Shown: piece by piece, positions 1-8,779 of the stretch
Layout: each line of letters begins with the position of its first letter
Numbering within the stretch: the first letter of the stretch is position 1
Origin: Pelomyxa schiedti
Taxonomy: Eukaryota > Protista > Evosea
DNA: 45,432 nt
NCBI GenBank assembly: GCA_020536535.1
Contig: JAHLWZ010000178.1
Location: forward strand, 1-45,432
Reading direction: 5' to 3'
The notes under the pieces: generated by a model
The model's input: the letters and a program-made list of their open reading frames with translations, nothing else
The model's database searches: none
What the model was told of the DNA's origin: nothing
Position numbers and translations under genes: made by a program

Positions 1-118
1 GCCCCGGGCAGTGATTTTTCACAGCTTTTTGACTGGATCACCGCCCAAAAAAACGGGGCAGAGCCGTTTACAGGAACTTGATCGGGAAAAAAAATCACCG
101 CCCATTGATCCAGATATG
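1..118. repeat. End of an ATCACCGCC-motif repeat element (MITE-like), truncated by the window start
   Basis: 79-118 is the near-perfect reverse complement of 6333-6371. ATCACCGCCC occurs at about 37 and 94. Confidence 0.65.
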
Positions 119-424
119 CATACAATCGAACCCACAATAGGAAACCGCTTTTATGGTACAAATTTCCAAGATTTTTCCTTTGAGATTTACAGGTCATTAC
201 AGAGCAAGGAACCTGCTACCCTCCAATACAATGCCATCCTCCAATACAAAAAAAGCCGCGATCTGAGGCCCAGTTCCCCAGCCGAGACTAACACCCAAAG
301 CAATAACAATGCACACCATAAGTAGCCCTTTGGATGTGGTTCCAGACAACAAAGACAGGTGCCAGAAAAACAAAGCTAGAACGAAAAGATTTTTGTCCAT
401 TGATTTTATCCATTTTTTGCCGGG

Positions 425-2212
425 ATGGCGGCAAACGACGACAAAATGACATCGTTGAGGAAGTTGTACGAGACAATGAACAACCGGTACTACTGGTCAC
501 TATTGCTTAAAACCAACACGGCCAACTCCACGGCTCCTTTTCCGCAGCCCCTCCTCCCACACGGTGGCAGTACAGATCCGAGCAACAGTTCGGCCCATAA
601 TGATAATGACACTACTTGTGCTGGAACTCTCTGTGAACGAGAAGCGATGATTGCGCGAATGGTCGGAGCAACTACACTGAGGAATGTTAAGAGGGGGGAG
701 AAGTACACAAGCGCCGATGCAGGCATAACCGGTGTGTGAGGGTGCCATTACATATCCCCCTTATGGGACTCATCTTTCGCTAGATTCGAGGAAGCGCCTT
801 GTCAATGGAAACTTTGGCAACGGAAACTCTAATGGCAACACGCAGGAGCCAGAGGAAAGTCAGGAAGATTCTCACAGTAGCAATGGTGAGCAGCAGGGCG
901 AAAGTGGGGAAAGTGGTGGCTTCGTTGTGCCTGATGGCGATGATGGGAACGAATCAAGCAGTCAAAGTTCCTCTTACAATGAGGACAGGGCCTCGGCGGA
1001 ATCACTAGAGAATACTGGCGATAGTAACGCTGATGAATCGGGATCGTGCAGTGGCCGGGATGGGGTTGACTATCAGAGTGACTATGAGGAAGACGTCAAT
1101 TCAGGCAGTGATTCAGGGGAAGATTGTAGTTCTGAAAGTGATAAGGAGTCTGAAGAAGATTCGCATGAGAGGATGGAAGACAAAAGTTCATCTGTGACAA
1201 CCACTCGGCAAACAAGACGAGAGAAACGGGAAAAGCACACACCAGAGGAACTTGAAAGGAAGAAAAGGTCCAAGTTTATGCGAGAAAGAATAGCTCTTTC
1301 CAGAGAGATCTTTAAAAAGGCCAACCACCTCGTTTTTGGGAACAAACTTGCTGGAGATATGGCAATTATTTGGTAACCTGACCTGTTCCATTTTGTCAAT
1401 TTATTTCAAATAGGTCACCAAAACTCGTAAGAGCAGCGGGCTATTGCTGTCACAGTAAAACCAAGAAAACTTTTATCAAACTGTCACCAAAAATTCTTAC
1501 TACATACGGTACCTCCTTCTGCCTAATTGCCTGTTTTTCTTACAAAAAAAAAAAATAGAGAAACTCCGGGATACTCTTCTTCATGAGATGTGCCATGCAG
1601 CAGTTAGTGATATTGACAACAACTTACATGCCAAGCCGCATGGAAAAGAGTTTAAGCAATGGTACAAAAGCCGAACAACTCACTTTTAAAACATGCACAG
1701 GGGGAGAAGAGTGGAACAAGCCTACGGTGGTGTCAAAATCACTACTACACACCGGTACTCTCTCAACTTCAAATACATGTTCAAGTGCACAAAATGTTCA
1801 AATGAGTAAGTATATTCCCATCACTTTTCAAGATTAATCTGTGTGCAGAATTGGAAGACACTCCAAGTCGATAAACACCAGCAAGGAGACATGTGGTGTT
1901 TGTGGAGGTACCCTTGAGCTTGTTGATCTTCGAAGCAAAACTACCACCGCCGCCGCATCAAGAGGCACAACCTTGGCTAATGATCCATCAAGCTTCCTAT
2001 ACTTTGCCCGTGAGCAAACGCCATCAGTTCGAGCTCAGCTAGAAGCCAAAACCGGCCGGAAAGTTACACAAAAGGAGGTCATGCAGACACTTGCAAGTAT
2101 GTGGCCCGCCGTAAAGGCTAAACGAGCACTCGCGGCCATTACACCCGCACAAACCACCACAACAGCCTCTGCCACTGCATCATCTACAACCAAATCACCA
2201 ACAGACACATAA
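425..2212 (+). CDS. GCNA/ACRC-like SprT zinc metalloprotease (acidic disordered region, SprT, Zn ribbon, HMG-like box); multi-exon
   Basis: D/E/S-rich region at about 840-1200. Spliced SprT motifs: LRDTLLHEMCHAA...HGKEFKQW (about 1560-1660), then THRYSLNFKYMFKCTKC|IGRHSKSINTSKETCGVCGGTL. HMG-like segment FLYFAREQTPSVRAQL...EVMQTLASMW. GT-AG introns join the ORFs. Confidence 0.85.
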
Positions 2213-2281
2213 TAGAAACATCCACTCCATTCCGAACAAAAAAAAAGCAACTTAATTAAGACTTACTCTTTTGTCTTACCC

Positions 2282-2951
2282 AAAAAAAAACACTCACATT
2301 AACATACAGGGAGACCCCATTGTGCTTGCACTCACCATAAAGCACCACTGAAGGTGTGGTTACTGCATAACAGACGGAGAGACCGCTAAGTCACAGGTGG
2401 CTATTGAATCATTCAGAAGCAAGTCAGAATATGGTCAAATGACGGGAATGGGGGTGGACTCTGTGAGGATTGTTGTTGGGGTTGTTGTGGCGGGAGTTGG
2501 TTCTGCTGTGTTTGTTGCAACTGCTGGAGTTGGTGAGGTTGGTGTTGGAGGAGGAACTGTGTTTGGAGTTGTTGCTGTTGTAGCAGTTGCTGCTCAAACT
2601 GCTGGTTGAGGAGAGCGCATATGTCTGAGAGCAGATAATGCTGTTGCTGTTGCTGCAGGGAGGCATCATCTGGGATTGGGAATGATGGAGAGAATGAGGG
2701 TAGGTGTGCGTGAGAAGAACTCGGTCTTGTGGGTAGCTGTACTGCGGCGGGCGCTGGTGATGGGGCTATTCTCTGTTGGAGAAGGTAGAGCTCTTGTTGG
2801 AATGCCTGCTGTTTGAGTTGCTGAAGTACCAGCTGCGACTGGAGGGCCTGGTCTGAGTTGGGGTATGATAGTTCTGTGTTATCCAAGCTGAACAGCTGCT
2901 CTGTTGTTGGTGCTGCGGATGGTGAGCCCTGTGGCTGCGGCAGAACAAGTT
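2282..2951. repeat. Direct duplication, copy 1 (of 6627-7285)
   Basis: Near-identical to 6627-7285 from aaaacactcacattaacatacaggg to gcggcagaacaagtt, with a few substitutions and indels. Confidence 0.95.
2413..2886 (-). pseudogene. Orphan Q/P-rich C-terminal fragment duplicated from the gene at about 6700-8129
   Basis: 157-aa poly-Q-rich ORF inside the duplication. The upstream domain found next to copy 2 is absent here. Confidence 0.5.
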
Positions 2952-2957
2952 ACCCAC

Positions 2958-3077
2958 TCACCACCACCACAAGCACACCACCATGAGCACTGCCACCATG
3001 AACACCACTACAGGCACTACCACCACAAGCACTGCCACGAGCACCGCCACTTAGGGCTCCACCACGAGCACTACTGG
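2958..3077. repeat. Degenerate 12-15 bp minisatellite (consensus about CACTGCCACCACGAG)
   Basis: About 7-8 imperfect units: caccaccatgag, cactgccaccatgaa, cactaccaccacaag, cactgccacgag, caccacgag. Confidence 0.7.
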
Positions 3078-3121
3078 ACATATTCCCACTGTGCCACGGT
3101 GATGGGAGTTGTGATTAGCTG

Positions 3122-3609
3122 ATGGTGATTAGGCCTAATCAAGTGCGATTCACCGACTGTGAAGGCCCTCCGCCCCCTCTCTCCCTCCGCTCTCCTTCTA
3201 AGGTTCTCTGCTTCTATGGACCTTTCACACAAAAATGGTGTGCAGTCCATGATAAACATACTTCCACTCCTTGTTTTGGTATTTTAGTTTTGCGAGTTTT
3301 CTGTGTATACTTTTCGTGGGCGCTGCGTGGATCTCGTTTCAGGAGCCCATCAAGGTGTTAGCTGTGGCAGTTGCAGTGTTCCTCATGAGTGTGTGCATTG
3401 TGTCTCAAGGTTCGTCACAGTACCTGCGATTCTTTGAGCCACTTCTGGTGGCAAGCGGTGTCCTAGTGCTATTCACGCTGCTTTCTTCTCTCCCCTTGTT
3501 GTGGGGTGTCAATGCGAAAATGATTCTGTGTGCTGTCATGCTTATGCTTATATTCGGGTTTCTTAGCATGCTCGTATGGAGAGCCAACCAGGTCCGCCAG
3601 AAGCAATAA
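3122..3609 (+). CDS. Small hypothetical multi-pass membrane protein (probably 2 exons)
   Basis: ORF 3271-3609 has 3-4 hydrophobic stretches. A plausible GT-AG intron at about 3238-3287 joins it in frame to the ATG at 3122. Confidence 0.4.
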
Positions 3610-3786
3610 TAAATGTATAGTAAAGGGCAAAACATGAAGGAAATTACTTTTCATTTTTCAATCATGATGTTTCTTCGAGGTATAAATTGAATTACAGTAA
3701 TTGACCACGATGCTCAATATTGGATAGGGTGCACGAAGCATTGAACATATTTTGCCCTTTACTATACATTTATTATTTATTTATCT

Positions 3787-4796
3787 TCAATCAGTCAGAA
3801 ACCTTGTTTCTTCTGCCCTCCTCCGTACCATTCCCATTGTGGCCATGTACTCAGCCTCCAGTGCTGCATACACTTCTACCTCCACAAGGCCCTTGATGAA
3901 GACCACTGATGCTGTGGGTGGTGCCTTCTGTATCACCTGACTTATCTCCATGTCTGCGTGTGGGTGAGAATGCCAAAGAAAATTTTGGGATTTTACCATG
4001 GTGGAGGCACCCAATGTCACGCAGGATGGATTGCGGGAGTGTCCTGGCAGGGCTGTTGGCACCACACCTTGCATTGGTGGCACAGAGCCATGATATCAAC
4101 TGTGCAGTGCAGTCATGGAAAATAAGGGAGGTCAAGTTGTCATCTCCGTGGTATTCGAAGATTATATCTTCTGAGGAGCTTGAGGACAAGCAAGGATGAA
4201 TGTCCACCTGAATTAGCTCCGATTAACTCTAAGTTATAGAAAAAAAAGTAGGGTAGATCCACAACCCTTCGCGGCCAAGCCCCAAACTTTGCAATCTCGT
4301 GGTTGTTGTTCTTCAGGATGCATGCCCTCATGTAAATACCGTCGTTCATAAAGGTAATAAACACCTGTCACAAAAAGAAGGTGAACAGGAGCCTCACGGA
4401 ACAGTCTCACACCAAAGAGTTATTTGGGAGCCTCTGGCAGGTCACTCCGTTCCTCTTCTCCAGTTTGATTCCCTCTATAGACCACCAGCCCCCCGGTACA
4501 TGGACACCCACTTTGGCGCTCGGGCCAGATACGGCTGCCCCTGGCGGCGGCGGCGGCGGGGGCTCACTCACTCGCGTGACTTTGGAGACTATTCGGTCCC
4601 ACAGTGAGGTGGGTGGGGGCCCTGTGTTGTTGATTGTTTTGGCGGGCGATGATGGTGGCGGGTCAGGGGGATACTGGCGGGTGTTTGTGTGGGCCTCTTC
4701 CAGCCTGTTGTTCAGCCACGTGAACCCTGCCACACTAGTATCATTGAGCATAACGGCTGTGGAGGACGAATTTTCGTTTGGTTTTTTTTTTGACAT
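3787..4796 (-). CDS. Lineage-specific hypothetical protein, tandem paralog A (internal RCGANSPA motif)
   Basis: Exon by exon it resembles 4800-5995: FMNDGIYMRAC, FHDCTAQLISWLCATNARCGANSPA, KGLVEVEVYAA. Confidence 0.65.
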
Positions 4797-4799
4797 CAA

Positions 4800-5995
4800 T
4801 TAGGCAGAAAGGAGGAGAAGGGAGAGGGTGACACAGCCGCCAGTCCTGTCACATGACGTTGTGTCTGCTGCTCTCCATCCAATTCCCATTGTTGCCCTGT
4901 AGCGGCCGGCCTGGGCGGCATACACTTCCACTTGTATCAGACCCTTCACAAGTGTAACGGAAGGTTTGTCTGTGACCTGGAATACGGGTTGCACTTCCAA
5001 GTCTGTGGGTGTGGGAGTGGGAGTGAGTAGGATTGGAATAGTGGGAATGGGAGAGTACCGTGACTAAGGCATGCAATGTCATGGAGAGTAGATGGTGAGA
5101 GAGTACTGGCGGGGCTGTTGGCACCACACCTTGCGTTGGTGGCACAGAGGAATGATACAAGTTGCGCGGAGCAATCATGAAAGAACAGAGTATTACCTTT
5201 CTCGAAGAAAAATGACAGAGTTATCTCCTCTGATGATGGCTCGGACAAACGTTGGTGGATTCCCACCTATATCGAGTTACAAGGATGTTGGAGGACAACA
5301 AGTGTGGTGATATACCTTCCCCGGAGCGGCACCGAACTTGCCAATCTCCTTGTTGTTATTCTTCGCAACACAGGCCCTCATATAAGTGCCATCATTCATA
5401 AAAGCCAAAGACAACTACAATTCAGTAATCAATTGGGAAAAAAAAAAAAAAGCAAATCATTACCCAAGAGTTATTTGGCACTACCTGGCACGTCGGCCCT
5501 TTTCTCTTACGTAATTTGGTGCACTCTATCATTCGTAAGAAGAGGAGGACTTACTAATCAAACGCTCTATCAAAATATTAATGTTATAATTACAATGTAA
5601 TAATGTCAAACGCACTCACCCAGTAGCTTTGCAAAGTGGTCCCAGTCCCTGACCAGTCTCTCAGTTATAAATACAAATCCCAGTCTCTCGTCGTCTCCCA
5701 TACCTGCATCCCCATCCCCATCCTCAGCCTCGGCCTCGGCCTCAGCCCTGCTGCTGTTGATCAACAGCATCCCACCACGGCCCTCTCTTCCCCTTCCCCT
5801 CCGCCGTGCGTGTGCGTGTGCCGACCACCCCGTGGACGACGTGATGTACTTTGATGGCTGCAGCCACCACGACCTGGCACTGTGCCCGTGCCCGTGCCCG
5901 CGGCCACGGCCGTGGCTGTGCTGTATGGCGTTGGTGTGGCCCTCCCCAACCACCCGGTTGAGCCACATGAACGCCCCTGTGTTGTCCTTGATCAT
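4800..5995 (-). CDS. Lineage-specific hypothetical protein, tandem paralog B (internal RCGANSPA motif)
   Basis: FMNDGTYMRAC, FHDCSAQLVSFLCATNARCGANSPA, KGLIQVEVYAA. Start codon uncertain. Confidence 0.65.
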
Positions 5996-6332
5996 CCTCC
6001 TCTTTTGTGTTGCTGCCCCTGCCTTAGTTTAACGGCCCCTGTTTCTCTGAGAATTGTTGTTGTTTTTCTTTCCCCAAAAGACAAAGAAGGCAGGACCAAT
6101 CGATCATGATGTCGCCCACGGAAAGAAGAAGCCTTGAGCACATCGATGACCATTTGACCCTTAAGCACCGTAAACACTATCCTCACAACACCAGGATTTC
6201 CATCGGTGCCGTCGACGAGCACAGGTCCCTTGGATGTGATGAATAGAATGATGATGATACTAGAGGTGATGACGAGAACAACGTGAGTTGCGTGACTGCA
6301 ATTGGGGGATCCGGTGAATCCTCTTTCCAGGT

Positions 6333-6513
6333 CATATCTGGATCAGTGGGCGGTGATTTTTTTCCCTATCAAAAAGTGTATCATCACCGCCCAAAATCAC
6401 CGCCTGGGCGGTGATTTTGGGCGGTGATGATGCACTTTTTGCAGTCAAATCTGATCACCGCCCTGGGCGGTGGTTGAGCACATAAGCCAGTCAGTAAAAT
6501 CACCGCCCTGGGT
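6333..6513. mobile_element. Palindromic ATCACCGCC-repeat element (MITE-like), ending just before the assembly gap
   Basis: Its terminus catatctggatca..gggcggtgatttt is shared with 79-118. Hairpin at 6371-6440 has 34-bp arms with one mismatch. Several further ATCACCGCC/GGCGGTG units follow. Confidence 0.6.
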
Positions 6514-6526
6514 TAACCACAAGAAA

Positions 6527-6626
6527 NNNNNNNNNNNNNNNNNNNNNNNNNNNNNNNNNNNNNNNNNNNNNNNNNNNNNNNNNNNNNNNNNNNNNNNNNN
6601 NNNNNNNNNNNNNNNNNNNNNNNNNN
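6527..6626. other. Scaffold gap (100 N)
   Basis: Run of N. Confidence 1.
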
Positions 6627-7285
6627 AAAAAAAAACACTCACATTAACATACAGGGAGACCCCATTGTGCTTGCACTCACCATAAAGCACCACTGAAGGT
6701 GTGGTTACTGCATAACAGACGGAGAGACCGCTAAGTCACAGGTGGCTGTTGAATCATTCAGAAGCAAGTCAGAATATGGGCAAATGACGGGAATGGGGGT
6801 GGACTCTGTGAGGATTGTTGTTGGGGTTGTTGTGGTGGAGCGTTTGTTGCAACTGCTGGAGTTGGTGAGGTTGGTGTTGGAGGAGGAACTGGGTTTGGAG
6901 TTGTTGCTGTTGTAGCAGTTGCTGCTGCTCAAACTGCTGGTTGAGGAGAGTGCATATGTCTGAGAGCAGATAATGCTGTTGCTGTTGCTGCAGGGAGGCA
7001 TCATCTGGGATTGGGAATGATGGAGAGAATGAGGGTAGGTGTGCGTGAGAAGAACTGGGTCTTGTGGGTAGCTGTACTGCGGCGGGCGCTGGTGATGGAG
7101 CTATTCTCTGTTGGAGAAGGTAGAGCTCTTGTTGGAATGCATGCTGTTTGAGTTGCTGAAGTACAGTTGCGACTGGAGGGCCTGGTCTGAGTTGGGGTAT
7201 GATAGTTCAGTGTTATCCAAGCTGAAAAGCTGCTCCGTTGTTGGTGCCGCGGATGGTGAGCCCTGTGGCTGCGGCAGAACAAGTT
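6627..7285. repeat. Direct duplication, copy 2 (of 2282-2951)
   Basis: Sequence identity with copy 1; begins exactly at the gap edge. Confidence 0.95.
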
Positions 7286-8129
7286 CCGCCATGGAAACTG
7301 ACCGCCCCGGAGGTAGTTCTGGTGACAGCACGAGCTTGGATGGTGAGGACTGTACTTGCACTTGCACTTCTTGTCTTGGAGAATTTCCCGGAGGAAGGCA
7401 TCTTTGGGGTATGAGCCCGCGGCCGTTTACTTGGCGGGCATTCTGGGGAAGTGCCCACAATATCCGGTGAGGAATCTCCACCAGAGCTTACCGAAGGAGA
7501 CCGCTTGTTCTTCTTATGATATGTCTTTGCTGCAGAAAATGTATTAGATAAAGACATACACAATTCTAACTCACCAGTCAGAGCACGCGCCTGTAGCTGG
7601 AACTGACCGCTAATGACTTTCAAGTCTCTGAGAGTAACAACTAAGAAAAGTGCAGAGACCTGTATAAACGATAAGAAAGACATGAAACAACTTTCCGCAA
7701 AGCAAACCTGTAAGCGCATTCTCGACGAAGAGCAATTCCCTTTGATTTCAAACTGATATTCCTCAGATTTTGAATCGGGCACATTGTGTGAGGTACTCTG
7801 TGTATCGGCGTAATCTTCACCAATGGCCGATGATCCGGGCAGCACTGAGGGCACTCCACTTCTGCCGAAAAGTTCAGCAAAACCAGCAACAGTTCAAAAA
7901 TGGTACAAACCTTTCTGTGTTCTCCATGAGCAACCAGTAGTGCAGGCCGCACACTTCATCGTGTGTGATTCCATTCATCTCCCTCCATTCCCTATTCACC
8001 ACCAGGCACATCTATTTTCAAGAAACATTAGTTCTCGTCCATTGCACCAAACACAATTGCCAGCCAGCTATGTACCGTTTGCAAGCAACATCGATACCAA
8101 CTTGGATTTCTGAGCTTTTCCGGCTCCAT
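6700..8129 (-). CDS. Putative transcription factor (Cys-containing domain, basic NLS-like stretch, Q-rich tail); possibly a pseudogene
   Basis: Spliced reading VECPQCCPDHRPLVKITPIHR|EYQFEIKGNCSSSRMRLQ|VSALFLVVTLRDLKVISGQFQLQARA, then KKNKRSPS and a Q-rich tail. The tail has frameshifting indels relative to copy 1. Both ends are uncertain. Confidence 0.45.
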
Positions 8130-8159
8130 GTGAGAAAGAAAAAGAATTTTTTAAACAAG

Positions 8160-8231
8160 GGGCGTTTAGCTCAGTGGAAGAGTATCTGACTCCGGATCAG
8201 AATGTCATGGGTTCAACCCCCATAACGCTCG
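8160..8231 (+). tRNA. tRNA-Arg(CCG)
   Basis: Cloverleaf: acceptor GGGCGTT/AACGCTC, D arm GCTC..GAGT, anticodon arm TCTGA-CTCCGGA-TCAGA, T arm ATGGG-TTCAACC-CCCAT. A T5 Pol III terminator follows at 8236-8240. Confidence 0.93.
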
Positions 8232-8681
8232 TACCTTTTTGATTTTGTTCACCCTTCTCGTGGGTGATTCCAAAAGTTTTCTTGAGTTTATAAATTCCGA
8301 ACAATTTACACAATCCCGCTCCGGCCGAAGAAACGGAACAGGGAAATAGAAATTGCTGGGGGTTTGGTCGGGTGGGATTGCCAAGGGGAGGGCGCGGTGA
8401 TGAGTGAAGCCAAGAGGTGCGCATTGGAGCGGGTTTTCCAGGCCACCTCATATCGCCCCGCGCCGAGTCGTCACGTCTCCTCGGTCACCCCTCTCTCCTT
8501 TCTCACGGCAATTCCCTTCCCCAAAAAAAATCAGTGAACACCCGGAGTATGATGAGAACCCGAGAAAATGGAGAATAACGGACACCCAAAGTTATCCCAC
8601 TTGATTCCATAGAAGACCGTCGACTACAGCACAACCGCAGGCTGGAAGCTCCAACATCACCAAAAACCGAATAAAAAGGTA

Positions 8682-8753
8682 CGAGCGTTATGGGGGTTGA
8701 ACCCATGACATTCTGATCCGGAGTCAGATACTCTTCCACTGAGCTAAACGCCC
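8682..8753 (-). tRNA. tRNA-Arg(CCG), identical inverted copy
   Basis: Exact reverse complement of 8160-8231, with a T5 terminator at 8673-8677. Confidence 0.93.
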
Positions 8754-8779
8754 CTTGTTTAAAAATAACATCTTCCCAT

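Noticed and set aside
2904-3122. His-rich 72-aa ORF as a metal-binding peptide
   Set aside because: It arises from a minisatellite at a duplication breakpoint and has no other coding support.
6333-6513. ATCACCGCC resembles the phage lambda operator half-site; the repeats also look superficially CRISPR-like
   Set aside because: Eukaryotic context, no phage or cas genes, and no regular repeat-spacer period. A short match is best treated as coincidence.
8395-8610. RTGATGA box C-like motifs in the tRNA spacer (snoRNA?)
   Set aside because: No well-placed CTGA box D or terminal stem was found.
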